NCBI GenBank assembly: GCA_964247055.1
Contig: OZ176058.1
Span: 3,534,001 to 3,598,000, forward strand
Reading direction: 5' to 3'
Length of the DNA: 64,000 nt
Source: Paragordius varius
Taxonomy: Eukaryota; Animalia; Nematomorpha
The notes below the pieces were generated by a model, which was given only the letters and a program-made list of their open reading frames with translations, did no database searches and was not told the origin of the DNA. The position numbers and the translations under genes are program-made. This document shows, in pieces, positions 39,001 to 55,417 of the stretch. Numbering within the stretch: position 1 is the stretch's first letter; each line of letters begins with the position of its first letter.

Positions 39001-40869
39001 GAAAAAAATGTGCATGTGTGGAAAGTATATTTGTTCATATTTTTTATACAGTTAATAAAAAACTATTAGAACAATGAAGTAAAAATATATAAGCTGGTGT
39101 CGTCTACATTTTTATACTTAATAAATTTCTCTAGCAAAGATAAAATGTTAAATGATTGATTAATTGAAGATTATGTTTCATGGTCCCCATAATTATAAAC
39201 TATAAGTGAAATATTAAAATTACTTGCTACCTATAAACTTTTAAAACCTTTTTTGGGAACCTAAGGTAAAAATTGTATCCATAACATAATCCTTAAATAG
39301 TAAAAGAATGTCGCATTCGTTAAAAAATATCATGGATTTTACATTAAAAGCAACTCTTTTAAATATTTTTTGAATTAATAGTTTTTTATATTATTTAAGG
39401 CTATGTTAATTTAATGTTTCAACACGAATTAAGTTTAAGTAAATGATTTAATTTTGTTATGTTGCTTAAAAAATGTAAAAATCTTCCAATTAAAAGAAAA
39501 AGAAAACTGTGCTTTTAAAGAAACGTATTTTTAGCCGATATATACTAGGCATAGACGAATTTTATGTCTGTTTTAACGGTTTAATTTATAGGCAAACAAA
39601 TATTCTTATTTTAACATCTTTAATTAATTTGAGTAAATTAATTAATAATTTATACTTTTAATAATTACTATTTAGGAGTTCGAACCCGCGTGAATCTGAT
39701 TTTATAGAAGTGCACGAATGTTAACTCTGAAAAGCACTGCAAGAACTCATTAGCCATTATTTTAGTTTTTTCCTCAATCACATTTCTTATTCATATTTAG
39801 TTAATCAAAATTATATAAATTATTTAAATAAATAAATTTATAGTAAAAATTAAATTCATACACACAAAACATAAAAAATAACAGAATTTAAATAAATCTT
39901 ATCATTATTGCACTTATAATTCAGCTAAAATTGATTGTTAGAGTAAACTTCTGATTACTATAAGTAATCTATGTCAAACATTAATAATAAAACTAAAAAT
40001 TAAAGTACAAATTAAAAATATTTAACACTTCGATTCAAAGGGTATATAAATATTCCAGACTCAATTTAAATCCATATTTTTATAAACTACGAAGGGTCCC
40101 AATTTAAATTTATGCTTCCATCCTGATAAAATTAGACAAATAAGCTAAAATATTACATAAAAATTTAATTTAAAAAAACAAGATACATGTCAAACTATTT
40201 CGACGCCATTATTATACAAATTTTTTGCAAGACATCGTGTTCATTTAATTTTAAAAGTAAAATTAAAGCTAATTTTTTATTTAAATTACATCTAACGTTG
40301 ATAAAAATAAACAAAGTGGTTTATATTGTGTTATTATTCAATCTAGCCAAGGCACACATGTTACGCTGACTAAATTTTACCTTTGGGTTTCGCCCAGGAC
40401 TTGACACCTGTTCAAAAAAAGTGGAAAAATGGATAAAATATAAAGAATTCCTTCAAGAATTTTTCCCAGAAAAAAGACTGAACTTGATTAAAAACGAGTA
40501 TTTACTTACTTGCACATAGAATGGGGTAAGTCGGTCAAAGTATAATTGTATTGTCCACACCAGTAAAAGGTATAAAAAAACAGGCATACAAGTAAAATAT
40601 GTAACGGAATAACAAAGAGTAAACGACACAAATATTTTTTGAAGACAACAAACATATTTTATTAATTCATATAATAACTTTAAGAGCGCTACTAAGGAAT
40701 TATTTTTTTATATTACAACAACCACAGGGATGTAATATGAAGTGTGGGATATTTATGATGGATTAATAAAGAGGTTCTGTTGTTTGTTATGCGTTAAATG
40801 TTTAGGATAAAACTTCCTAGTTAAAGATGTTTAGCATGAAATCTAACTGTAGATAGACTTAAATGAGGT

Positions 40870-41650
40870 TATTATGCTTGTCATTGAGAATTTCAAAATA
40901 AAAAAAATCATTTCATAAAATCGTCAAGGCAAACTTTAAAGGCATGCCTTTCCCTTTATATAAAAATATAGGTATAAAAATAGGAAAACAAAAATATAAA
41001 GCAAAAAAAAGTAAAAACGGATATAATTTCATGGTTTCGTAATTAACTTGGCAAAAACCAAAGTCATATCAAATGACGCCACATGCTCACAATCAAAATG
41101 GGCTAACACTGTATAGAAACATTAGACAACTATATATATATTTAGGAGTCAAGATTAATAATAAAAATAATACAACACCTGATATTAAGATTAGCCATAT
41201 CCAGGGCTAAAATGAAATCAAATCGCAAGATTTGGTCTTTACGAAAAATACCAAAACTACCCCCCAAAAAAATTTAAATACAACAATATTCCCAATCGCA
41301 ACCTATGGCTGTAAAAGCTGTTGGGTATGCAAAAATTCTGACCAAAAAAACTATACACCAAGCTTTTGAGCAACCTTGTTGGAGAATGCTACTTGGTAGA
41401 AAAATGGACAGACAAACTTACCAATAAATGAATCAACCCTAAGATTACATTATTTTAAATGATAACATAATCCACGATAACAAATTGGAAATCATTCTTG
41501 CTTGGTAGAAGGCAAACGTAAAAGACTCAGAAAGATGGTCAAAACAATTTACAGATGACACCCACCTTACAATGTCCAATCTGATCAATTTATCCTCAGT
41601 CAGATCAGTCTATAGAAAATTTGTTCATGAAAGTCCTGCAAAATGTCTAA
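40870..41650 (+). mobile_element. RTE-clade LINE relic, copy B
   Basis: Homologous to 8780..9560 with further frameshifts. Confidence 0.75.
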
Positions 41651-41789
41651 TATTAACTACGCTGTGTCATTCATTCGCTCATTCAATACAACCAAAATAT
41701 TAAAAATCATAAATCAAACAATTTATTACAAATTGCCAAATGTGAAAAAAAGTGTAGCATAATAAATGAAACAAATTATAAAAATATTA

Positions 41790-44700
41790 TAGGGGGAAAC
41801 GTATAAGTACAAAGGTATGAGTGTAAAAGAACTATTGCACCAAGCAATTCGCTCTGCTTCTCACGTTTGAAAATATAAAAATTACTTTTCGAATATACCA
41901 TCATATTGGCTTGATTCAAATTCCAAAATTGCATCTCAAATAAAAACGAAATTATTATTTGTAAGAATTTTTTGACGGAGATAATTTTCAAAATCATCCA
42001 CTGTATCATGATTTTTCACAATGATAGTGTCTCATTTAGTTTTTCTTTTATCCAACATAAATAAATGTGGGGGAAGGATGTTTTTCCCTCAAAATCCTCA
42101 TTTTTAATCCTTGAAACTATATACACATCTGCGTAAGCCACAGAATTCTTCTGGTTTTCCTGATCACACAGACTGTACGAAAGGAGACCAGTTCTATCAA
42201 CAACATCGCAGGCTCGCCATTCAGGACTTTGTTCGTTTTTCACCATTATGCGTTGGTATATTAAAACGCACGACGTGGACGGGGTGCGTCTAAGACTGTT
42301 GTTTTTGTGTTAATCCAGGTCGGGGGTGTTTGGGAGACTCGTTTAAAGAGTAGTTGGAAGGAGGTTTCCTTTGTGGTAGCGTGAATGGAATTACGGTAAG
42401 ACCATAAAGTAGTATTAAAAGCTTCCTGCGGTGTATTAATATAATTTTTGATTTTCCTATACTTGCCCTTTAGGGTCCCTACTAACCTTTCTACCATCCC
42501 ATTACTTTTAGGATGATAGAGGGTTACCCTCACGTGCTTAATTCCCAAGTTTGTCAGGGTTGATGTAAAGTACGAATTGTTGAAATAAGAAGCGTTGTCA
42601 CTTACTACCGTCTTCGGAAACCCAAACCTGGCAAAGGTTTCCTCGAGTTTGTGAAATATATTTACCGAATTAACCCGTTTTAACATAAACCCTTCCGACC
42701 ATTTTGATGAGCTATCAATCAACAAAAACCAAAAATACCCGTCAACTGGTCCCGCTATATCGATGTGCAAACGCTCCCATATCGCAGCATTTGGATCCCA
42801 TTGCTAAGTGGGTTTTTTACTAGGCTTGGCTTGTTTCCTTGGCATAAGCTACATTGACTGTACCTTCTTACCAATTGTTCTCTAAATTTAGCCAAAAACA
42901 GGTAAACCTTGCCATTACTTTCATCGTTTCTACATTATTATGCCCGCTGTGTAAATTATTGACCACATTCGCCTGTAAGCTTTCTGGGATGATGATTCGA
43001 TCGTTCAAACTTAGCAATCCATATTGGTACAAAATTTCTCCTTTACGGTTGGTGAACTCAGCCAACTCAACATCACTCCAATCTTGATAATTAATAGCCT
43101 TGATTACCTTTGGCAAAATATTATCCTTAACTGTTTCTCTTCGGATCTCATCTCGACTTAAATGAACGTTATGACAATTTAGGAACCTAAGATGTCTCGT
43201 TACCATATAGTCTCTATCAATTGTGTCAACATTATCTTCACCGGGACATCTTGACAAGTAATTGGCTCTATTTTTCGGACCCGCCTGATAACTAAATTAA
43301 AAATTATAATCATTCAGTCAGTTAACCCATCTTAAAACTTTCGCATTCTGAATTTCTTTCAAATTTCTATCCCTATTTATCAAGCTAACCAGTGGTAAGT
43401 GGTCGTCAAAATTTCAAACTTTATACCATAAACGATGTTATGAAACTTTTCTAATGCAAAAACAATAGCCTTTATACCTTTTCTATCGTGTAGTAGTTCA
43501 ATTCTGCGGTACTACCTTTTCTTGAACCATAGGCAATGGGTTTCCTTTCACCATTTACAACATGAAATAAAATATCAAACCTATATCTGAGGAATCGGTT
43601 TCAATTACTAACTTTGTATCCGGATTGTATGGTGTTAAAAATATTATTTGTTCACTTAAAATTTCCTTCGCTGCTTTCCAACTTTTCACGTGTTTTTCCG
43701 ACGAGTTCCATCTGACGTTCTTACTCGTTAAACTATGTACACTAATCAATTGAAGCTTGGGTATAAATCTTTCATGGAACGTTAAAAATCCTAGAAACTT
43801 CTTAAAGATTTTTATCCACAGGTTTTTTAAAATCATTGATTGCTTTTATTTTATTCTTGCCTGACTTATACCTTTATTACTTATTTCAAATCCCAGATCA
43901 CTTATCGAAGGTTCACCAGTTTTTATTTTATCTTTTCTTAATCTAAAACCTGCTAATTCTACCCGATTTAAAACATTATTAAGATTTATTAAATGTTCCT
44001 GTTCAGATTTGCCAGTTACTAAAACATCATCTAAATATGCACAAGTGCCGGGACAATCTTTTATAACCTGGTCCATGACCCGTTGGAATATTATTGGTGC
44101 TGTTGACAGTCCGAAAGACATCAGCGGTAAAATTCCTTGTGAGTTGCAATTGTTAGAAGGTGTTGTTCTTTAGTTATGGGTATTTGTAGATAGGCAGCTT
44201 TCAGATCAATCTTAGTGAAAACTTCTTCGCCAATCTTACTTACTAAATCATCAAACGTTGGAATGATATGAGAGTCCTCAGTCAGCCACTTGTTGATCGT
44301 AACTCTATCGCTACAAATTCTTACCTCTCCATTCGCTTTGAGCACATTGACGGTGGGCGTGCCCCATGTCAGAGGTGTAAGGTTGGGATCTATTGGCTCC
44401 AAAATGTCTAACATTTGTAATCTTAGCAATTCGTTTTCAACTTTTGCTATTAGGGGAAACGGTACTCGGCGACAAAACCAAACTTTGGGGGAGGCATTGG
44501 GGGCTATATGAATTGTAACTGGCTCAACAGCCTAATTCCTTTTTAAATAGATTAGGAAAACTTTCAATAATTTTATCAAAGTTTAAGAAAATTAATTCGT
44601 ACTTTAGGAATGTCGATGTTGAATCTTGTGATCCAATCTAAGCCACAAATGAGCGGTGCCTTTGACATTTTTTCTTTCAATCCACAACATTATGCGTCCC

Positions 44701-46560
44701 CTAAGTTTTTCTCATTGATTTGCACTGCGACTGTTGTTACGCCCAGTAGAGGTACTATACTATCATTAGGCTTTTACTGGCGGTATGGGTGTAATATTTG
44801 GCTTGTCAACTTGTTTCCAGGTGTCAAAGCTGATAACACTGATGTCAGCTCCAGTGTCATAGATAATTTGTTCTGTGTTGTTTATCATTATTCTTATGGT
44901 CCACGGTGAGGTTGGCATTACTTTTCTATGGATCTGGCGGTTGAACAAATTTTTGGCAGTGTTTTTTGATCTACACATTTTTGCGAAGTGGTGAGGTTTT
45001 CCACATTTATTGCAATTACGGTTCCAGGCAGGACATTTGAATGGTCTATGGCTACTCCACAACGATTGCATGTTATGGGTTTTGCTGCTGGCTGTCGTGA
45101 ACGCATGGCCTTATTAATATTATTATTGGTGTTTTGTAATCGATTTAAGATATTATCATTGTCATAACTGGTGTAGTCTCATTATTGTTATGAAAGCCAC
45201 CCTAGCAGCCTCGTGTGCTAATGCGAGATCCACTATCGTTTCTAGAGGCACGGATTGTCCGTTGATTCGGCATGTTGAATGTATATCGATTTCCAATTGC
45301 GGTTGCCGTAAACCAATGACGAAAGCATCCCGAATACGTTCCTCAATCGAATCATTGAATTTGGCCTCTTCGGCTGCGATCTTAACCCGTTCTAGAAATT
45401 GGGTGAACGATTCAGTGTTGCTCCGCACAAGTCGAAAAAATTTAAATCTGGTTTGAAATTTTGATTTTGTGGTAAATACTCTTAGGCCTGTATCTCGCTC
45501 CATGATGCATCCTTTATTTTTTTGGGATGCAGTCGTTGATTTATTTTTTGCACAACCAGACCACCATAGGCAAGCAAGGTTGTTTTGTGAGCTTGTTCTG
45601 TTACAGGGATATCTTTCGCCTTCATAACTTTTTTTACATAATCAACGTATTCCTCAAACGATAATATATTTCTCGATGCATAAGTTAGCGAGATTGGCAA
45701 TTGGCGTTGTCATGTTCGTTCGGATATCGGTAAGACCTCCACTTGCTCTAGCTTAGTTCGGAATTCGAATTGCCACCAGATGTTAGAAGGTAACAAGGGT
45801 TTAAAACGTAAAACTTAAAATAATATTTATTCGGTTTTTTGTGCTTTATATATACTCTTTTTAGGTTAACATAATTTGCATTATAACAATAAAATTTCGA
45901 TTAACAAAGGATATAATTTACATAGTACAAAAAATATAAAAATAAGACAATTCAAACAGAAAATTATAATATACAAACATATATATTTAAAATTTGCATA
46001 TGCTCAAAAAAGTCTTACAAATATTAAGCCGAATTTAAAAATATGCTATTTATAGTCTTTTAGGCGCATTATAGATTATTTTTTATATAAAATGTTAATA
46101 ATCTCATAAACTTTTTGACGCCATTTTTTCTATAAATTTTTTAAATCGCTAATGCAACAGGAAATGTATATTATGGTTATAAAATATATAATTTTAAGGT
46201 TTCAGGCTACATATCTTTATATATGTAATTCTAATATCAGCTACATCAATCATGTTGCCCCAGTTAGATAGAAGTCACATAACTTTTAAAAATATAAGCT
46301 TTCTTATAATTGACAACAATGTTTGATACTTTAATTTATACTAATATAACTTTCAATATAGATATTAACAAAATTGAGCTCGTAAAAGTTCCCCAAAAGG
46401 TAAACTAGGACAAAACAATGAACAGGTATTGAATGTTAACTATTAACTCTTAAAAGAGATGTATATTAAATTGAAAAAAAAAATTTTTTTGAAACCAAAT
46501 AACAAGTGTATTGTTTTTAATATTATTGGATAAAAAGCTTTTTGTTTGAGCACTGAGAAT
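41790..46560 (-). mobile_element. Decayed Ty3/Gypsy element, copy B (RT uninterrupted)
   Basis: ORFs 42261-45700 give the same domains; MSFGLSTAPIIFQRVMD..AYLDD intact at 43846..44121; PBS-like motif at 45778, LTR edge at 45781. Confidence 0.95.
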
Positions 46561-48788
46561 ATAATTATATAATCATATAATGCACATTTTAATGTTGACC
46601 TAATTCGCAACACAGCGGTGGATATGGGTAAAAACAGCAAATGGTTAAATTAACCAATATTTCCCTATCTAACATGATTATATTTTTTTTGATGAATAAC
46701 AAAATATTTTATATCTTACGCTACAATATAACCAATCAGCCAACAATAATATAAATCACCAATATAATTGTGACACTGTATTATATATATAAATATATAT
46801 TAGTTCGCTATGATTCAAATTCAATGATAAATAATGCTCAAATCCTTTTTTGGACGTCATTTATTGGGAAATATATAAATAAATTAAATAACAGTAAAAA
46901 TCTTTCACCTATGATTAATTTAGTCAAATAGTTTCCTTAGCTAATTATATTTGATTTAAGGAGCCATGCCTAACAATTTCGGTTATCAAGGGAGTTTTAG
47001 TTTATCTTTTAATTTAATTATAACATTCGACAAAGAATATCCGTAGTAATGGAAATTTGCTGAAATTAAATAATTGCAATATATGTTTGAATAATATTAT
47101 TCTAACAAATACATTAAAATTAACAAATACATTAAAATTATAGGGACAAAATTTAAAAATATAAAGACATTTTTTTTCAAAAGACAATCATATCAATCCT
47201 ATTGAAATCATTTAAAACAATCTTAAAATATGTAGTTGATGTGTTACCAAAATACATCTCCATTCTATACTTTGTTGTTTAAAACGGGGAGTTATATTTA
47301 AAAATCAAGACTCAAAAAGTATGGTTGTGTATTAAAAATATTTGTATTTCCTATAATTTTAATTTTACTGTATTTACTTGTTATTCTATTTTATTAAAGG
47401 AACTAAGGATTCTATCTACATATTTTTATTTTGTAAATATAAGCAAAATTAGCTAAAATTTTTGGTATTATTACATATTATGAATAAACACTAGTTATAT
47501 TATAGAGAACTCCCATCCATACATAAGCATTTCGCAATATAATCAAGCGAAAATACCTGGAACAACGTGGATGTTTTCTAACAATTTTGATGTTGTTTTT
47601 TTATAATTGATACATTAAAAAAGGCAGTATAAGTGAGAGCAAAACTGATGGAAAAATTATTGCTGATACCAGCTAATTTATTTACACAATGAAGGCAATG
47701 AAAATTATATCTAAACGATACTGAAATATATGTATATAAATATTTTGAAGGGGGGAGCTTTTTATTACTTATTTTATTATTAAAATTTTTTTGTGTTAAA
47801 TTATCACTTTTCAACAAAAATGGGTGGATCTTCATCTATTCCAGCTATGTTTGTGTTTTTGAATTCCCCTAGAGGTAATAATAGATATTTAGCTCAAAAA
47901 TATAGCGATATATATCATTTAAACGTCAAATTTATCCTCGAACAATTCGAATTTATCCTTAAATCAATTATGTGCTTTTTAACATTGAAAGCCTATATTT
48001 TTTATATTTTTTAAAAGTGTAATTTCGTTTAAAATTAACATATTACAAACACTATGCCATAAAGAACCCGAAAACACAATTTTTTCAAGGTGAATTTAAA
48101 TTGCTCAAGGGTGATTTAAATTGTATTGTTTAAGGGTAAATTCGAATTGTTAAAAGGTTAAGGTTAAAAAAGTATACCTACTTTTAATTCGTAACGAAAA
48201 ATTATTTTGACTAATTCTCCACCACTGATATATAAATTTTTTAATGTCATTTTTTTAAGATGGTAAACTTTATTACAAAACTGTTTTGAATTTTATTAGA
48301 TCCGATTTAAAACACTATAACTATAATATAGTAACGTATATGACTTATTTTCAGTTTTTTTACCGTACAAATCAAATATTGCTTTATATAAACAATAATT
48401 AAAATTTATTGCTTAAAGAAAATACCCAATCTACTAATAATTTAAACATCAGTTATTATAAAATTAAAATTTGTTATGTTTTCAAAATTAGCTTTTTATG
48501 TATATAAAGGCTACTTAATATATAAGATTATACTTTAGACCTCGTCCTTTTCTACTGAATTTTCTGAAAGTAAACATGATATCACCTTTTTTTGATTATA
48601 GCAGAAATAATTTACATGTCTGTTGTGCCACGTAGGAGATTTTTCATTTTTTATTACATAGTAAATTTAACATTGTATATACTTGTAAAATCTAACTAAT
48701 AGTAATGAAACATCTAATACATGGCTACTGACATGTATGTATATTATACCCTTAAAGCCATTAAAATACAGATATGGCCAATAATACT

Positions 48789-48831
<43 letters not shown>

Positions 48832-48834
48832 AAG

Positions 48835-51800
48835 ATACCGGAATGAAATTTATTGGCGGAGCAACGGTCAACATTTATTGGAAAAATTGGAATGATTGGA
48901 AAGAAGAGTCAAACTCAATACCAAAGTGTCAGATTCAACAATTTATTAAGGGCGACTGGGTAAACCTTGACCAAAGTTTTAATTGCACCTCATCAGGAAA
49001 CAAAACTGTTGATAAACTAACATATGTTTATAAACAAATGCACCTTCGAATTCATTTTATGGAAATGAACAAATCTTTGGTTATAGATACCAGAGGTTAG
49101 AATGTCCTTTAGAGTAGAATTAGTATACGTTTCTAATAATTAATTATTACCAGAGAGCATATTCAGCAAAGATGATTCATTTATGACTTATAGTTATTTA
49201 TTAACTCTTTACAATTATTACCCAATATAAATTCTCTCCGCTGTAAGTGTTATCTAGAAATATTTTATTATACTTACTCACACTGTAAAATTAGTATCTG
49301 GAATCTAAAAACCTTTATTTTTTAATATAACTTATCACACATTTTAACTTTAAAGTAATTAATCATACGTAAATATACAGTATATATCACCAGACGTCCC
49401 GCTTTAAAAATCGCTCATTTTGTAAGATGATGCCGCCATAACTAAACATTTTTTATGTTTCTGTGTTTCCATACATATGCTTTGTAATATCATGCTTGCC
49501 GCCATGTGCTAGGGTAAATTATCCCTCGCATATAAGACATTTAACAGATGATTCATTCTTCGTTTTTTTTGATAAAAGGAAAATCTTTCATTAATTCGTC
49601 GTTGAATTTACAACCTCTTTTTGTGCTCATATTCATAAACTACTATTAATTAGTATAATAAATATTATATTACCTTAATTTTCTGGAATAAACGTGTAAG
49701 GTACCGATTTGTAGTATCAATTTGTCTTTAAAGCTACCGATTTGTGGTATTAATTTGGCTTTTTGATATGTTAGCAAGTAATAAAACTAAAATATTAGCA
49801 TAAATATTATATTACCTTAATTTTCTGAAATAAACGTGTAAACTACCGATTTGTGGTATTAATTTGTCTTTTAATCTAGAGATTTGTGGTATTAACTTGG
49901 CCTTTTAATAATGATTACAGTCGTAGTAGGAAGCAAAGTGTATAATCATATGAATTTGAAAAAAATAAATATTTAATGATAAAAAATTTAAGCGGATAAA
50001 AAAAATTTATTTGTATTAAAAAAAATTTTTTTTATATAATCGTGAAAAAGCGGGACATTTTAAAAACGTAGCGGGACGCGGGACAAAGTGTGAAAAAGCG
50101 GGACGTCTGGTCACCTTATGTATGGAACATAATTTGTTTAAAAATGATTATTTTAACCATTTCTATCCTACGTATTTTTTTCCGTTGTCCATAATATAAG
50201 TTTTCATTCAATATATTTATTTAATAATGAGACTTCATAAAAAAGTCTCATTGTGCACCGTCTTGTTTTACAAATAATCGTTTCTGTTTGTATAAAACAT
50301 TTTTATATTCTGGCTATTCATTGAGCCTTGTTTTTCTGGATGCTTTATTATATTGCGATTAGGTAATGATATAAAATTATTTTCTAACCTTTTTTGACTT
50401 GGATTTTGACCTTTGTCCTGTGATAAAAAATGATTCTAGGAGATCATATTTTTATAAATATTTCAATGGCTGGCAAAAGAGCTAACCAACATTTCTACAA
50501 TATCCAAGCATTAACATCTATATTTTCCACATCCAGTGGTAATAAATCAGTAGCTGTTTGAATAGCGTGTATCTGCTAATGTTTTGATTAAGATTATTCG
50601 CTAAATTGTTAAAAATATTTTTGTACCGCTTCTTGCATCACCCAGCGCACTTTGTGATGATTTCGTCTTTATTATTTTTTTCCAGAATATTACAATCACT
50701 TTACCCTTTGTTCGTGCACATGTAAATTTATTTAATAAGGTACAAACAACCTGTAAGGTACAAATTTTTTTATATTTATAATGTATGTGTGGTAAAAATA
50801 AATAAATATTACAATAAAAATGACCCCCCCTCTCAGATTTGTCCCGCTTTTTCCTTCAAAAAATCTGGTCACCTTAAGTATATAGTGAAATCATACGGCA
50901 ACATAAAATTATAAAAAATCATACTTTTTTGCAAGCCTTTAGTTTTCTTATATAATATTTATTTACTATTAAATATATAATTGCTTCAGCTATTTATCTT
51001 TTTTTCATACTTAGCCAATTTATACAATGATAAATAGAAAAACAAGATTTAAAAAGTAGGATCGTCTTTTAGAAATAAATATTTGTTTTTATATTTTTAC
51101 GTTTTGTCCGTATAATTTCAATCATAACTGTAATTTATAAGAATTATTATAATACATGGATTGCTCTAGTGTTTAACTACAATAAATTTTTATAACCAAC
51201 TGTTATGTAGTATCTAGTAATTATAATGTAATTTTAACATATCAATATTTGCATAGGAAATTTAGAGTTGAAATCATGAAAAGAATTATTTACACTTTAA
51301 TTGTATTATTTGCCAATAATTATCTTGTTGACTAAATAAAGCTGATCCAGTCAGACCTGTCAATATTATTTAAGCTTAAAATTGAATTGTGCGGAGAAAA
51401 TGGAATTATAAAGACAAATATTTTTTCTTAAAAAGCAACAACACACTCTTAAAACTTGTTTTTTTAATATAACCCTTCTTCTAAACTGCTCAGATATAAA
51501 ATATGGATGTAAATTGGTAACACAATCAATTAATATATTACGATATAATTTAACGTTTATGACCATTATTGCTTTTTTGGGTAGTTTTATACCCCAGAGT
51601 CATTTAAAATGAATATTTTAAAAAGTATTTTAATTTTTAGGTGCAATATGCAAAAAATATTTTGACATCTAAAATTGTAAAAAAATTTGTTCTTGAACCT
51701 TTTTTTATAGTCATGTTTTTATATAATTTTTTTAGTCCCTAATGCAACACACATAATGTTTATTATGGTTAAAAAAGTTATTAACTTAAAATTTCAGGCT

Positions 51801-53304
51801 ACATTTTATTAGCAAAAATATATTTTGATTTTTCATTTCAATCGTTTTTGGTAATGTCTTAATTTGAACTCTAGAACTCACAAAATTTTATAATATAAGC
51901 CTTTTAATCTAATGTGAAGAATGCTTGATAAATATTTAACTCCTTAACTCTATACCTTATTTAGATAAGCTCTATAAAACTACCCCAAAATAAACTAGGG
52001 CAATAAAGTGAACAGGTAAAGAAATATTTGTCTTTAAATTTTTACGTTTTGTCCGTATATAACAGTAAAAAGATTATTCAATCTATATATATATATATCT
52101 TAATTATGGAAAGGAATTAGCGCCTACAAAAATAGACAGAAACAATTAATAGTGTATTGGGATATCCCAGATTCGGACGATTTTGATTTCTTATTAACTG
52201 ACTCATGCGGTTCAAATCACGAATTAAAAAAATGTGAAAGTAGAAGTTGGGGACGCAAAATTTTTAATAACTTTGAATGTTCCAACAGACAATTAACACT
52301 TAAAACTGCCGAGGCAAATGATAATCAATATACATTTGAATATACTGGTATACTATAATTTATTTCAATTAATTTTTATTTGAATTAATTAAAATTTATG
52401 AGTAAATCTTTAAGGTTATCTTACTAAAGTTATTGGGGAATTTCATGTTCCTTCCTTAAAATTTTAATTTATAAGATATGTGCTAGAGCAATCGAATTAT
52501 ATATAATATATTTATATATAAATGCAGTATAAGTATCAGACTAAATAACTATTAAAATTTTACAAGTTAAATAGATATTTTATGAAACAGTATTAGTATA
52601 AAGAAAGGAAATATAATAAAATAATGTTATAAGGCTTAGTTGTAGGCTATACATATTGCTTGGACCTGTCGGTTATATGCATCAATAGGAATGTAAATTA
52701 ATTTTTTTGTAATTAACACTCAATGTGTGGATAGTTTATATACCAGAAAGATTTGAATAACAAAAACATTTTTAATATCAGGCTATATACCTTTTTTAAT
52801 ATATTTCAAAAATATTAAATTGAAAATATTATTTAAATATTTTACTGCAAAACTTGATATTAAATTCATTTTAAATTTGAATCGTGTTTAGGCGTCCGAA
52901 ATTCGGTATCTGGAGGTAGGTCACATAATTGTAAAAATTTTTTACAGGAGAAATATGTTTAATAATAGAAATTAATTAAAATACTACAAGATTGAGCACT
53001 GGCATACAAAATTTTCCCAGTATAGCCGGACTAAAAAGTGAAAATGTCATAAGGTCTTATATCATTTTAAATACGGGAATATGGTAAAACACAAAATCAT
53101 TTATATAAAAAGAACCACTTTTGTGTTAGAGACGATATAAATTAGTAATACACTTTTGATATTGCATTTCTAATTAATCAAAGTATGTTAAGAAATTGAA
53201 TTTAATTTTTTTTAACAAATATTGTCATTTGTCCAGATACAACTAGTGAAACGACCGAAACACCTCTAGAAATACCCAATCTGGACGATTTTTCCAGCAA
53301 ATAA
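48835..53304 (+). CDS. Paralog in copy B (exons 48835..49095, 52153..52347, 53237..53304)
   Basis: Same splice sites, except the inner acceptor cag is ccg (the outer aag is retained in frame); 14 amino-acid differences, 13 of them in the middle exon. Confidence 0.7.
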
Positions 53305-55417
53305 TTATGTCATACTTTTGGAGAATCATAATTGCAATTACATTACTTCATATATTTTTATCAAACGAACATTTGTTTTTCTTATTTAGCTGCTTATGCT
53401 TTATTTAAAATTTTTAATATTAGCATATTTTTTTGAATTTCATTTTAATATTAAATTTGTCATTTTTATTATGTTTGGCAACATATTTTTTGCGACGATT
53501 TTATATATAAATATATTAACCAAATCATTAAACATTCTGGGTGTTTTAATTAATTATTTAATATGATTTAATAAATTAGTATTCTGAGACATATTCTCCT
53601 ACGTTAAATGAAAAGCTTTTACAGGTCTTTTACTTTTGTCACGAATTCAGTATTTTGACAAAACGATTAAAAGGAACATTTGAATATATACGGAAAAAAA
53701 TATAAAGACAAAATCAGGAGTAGATATAGTTAGTTTACTTAGTTCTGCTGATTTTAAATTATATGGAGATGGCGTTTTCCGCATAGAATTTCTGACACTC
53801 TAATATACAGACACTTTGTTTTCAGGAAAACCATAATCATTTAAACGTTGATTTTTTCCACATATACTAATATTACGAGTCTACTTGATTTATCTGAGTA
53901 TAGAATTCACATCCTTTCTATTTTCTATTTCCCAAAAAGATGAGTTGTATTTGAATAGATTAAATTTTCAATTTATACGTTTTATCCGTATAATTTCAAT
54001 TTTACTGTAAAATCCGTAAATACCGATAATTTTCTAGTAATTTCTAACTTCAAAGATTACCATAATAAATTATTTATATTATTAATAAAAATATACATTT
54101 TGACTGTTGCATAAGCGAAATAATAAAATTGATGCAAAAGATGGATGACTCCAAAAAAAGATGAAGTTTATTTTACATTTTTTCTAAAAAAATTTACATC
54201 ATGCGCCTAAAAGGCTAAAATAGCATATGTTTATATATGGCATAATGATGAAAATATTTTTTTAGATATTAAAATTTATTGTCTATGGGGTATAAAACCA
54301 CGCCTTAAAAAGATCATGACTTGTTAACAGAGTGAAATCGTTGCAACAAACCCAATTTATCACAGTTAATTTAGACTGACAAATTGGATAAAAAGCATAA
54401 AGATAAATATTATTTAAAAAAGCCCATACTTTTTGAAACTTTATATTTTAATATAACTAATCTTTTAGAGTCGCAAAATGGTGAATAGAGATTTAAATGT
54501 TAACATTTAAAATGTTTGTCTTAAATTTTTTCCATTTGTCGTAATATTTTTATTTTCTGGGTACCCACAAATAAACTGGATACAAAAAAATACAGTGGCT
54601 CCTTTTTTCACAAGAGCTTAATTATAGTAAAAATAAAATTCATACGGAAACATCAAAACTAAAAGACGACCATGTTTTTCAAAACTTGATTATATCCTCA
54701 TGAAATATTTTAAAATTTTTAATGATATACAATGCTGTATACTTTTATTTGGTAATAAGATTTAAAAATTTGTTCAAATTGTAAAAAATATTTGTTGAAA
54801 AATGGAAAAAAACAAGAGCTAGATGAGAGTAAGGAAAATTATGATATTTATTAAAAAAATTTTAGACAAGTGTGGGGGAAGGGCGACGAAAATCTTAGAT
54901 AGTAAAATAATAAAAATAGACTAATAACCAACTCATTATGGAAAATATATATAAAAGTTAAATTAGGATTTATCAGAATTTATAATAATTATTTTTTACC
55001 AAATTTTACTATATTTAATAATTCAATAAAATGATAGTCTTTTCATAATATGATAAGAAACTATTTAACACTTGAAGACAACACCTTTATTTCAATTCTT
55101 CGATTTAAATTGGGGGCGTTATATACCGCAGGCCTGTTTTAAATTCAATCGAAAAATAATATGGAATGAATTGAAACCATGGCAAAATGTGCATTTGATG
55201 AAATATAAAAAGTATTGAGAATATTTGTTATTGCTCATTTTAAAATAAAACTCAATGTTAGAAATTTATTCAACATGACATAAGTGCATTAGCTAATAAA
55301 AATAATACATAACAAATTACTTTTTTGACTTTAATTTTGGCTAAAAAATTAAATAAACACGATATATTGTAAAAATAATGTAAAATAAAAATGGCTAATT
55401 TAATATGGAATTTATTT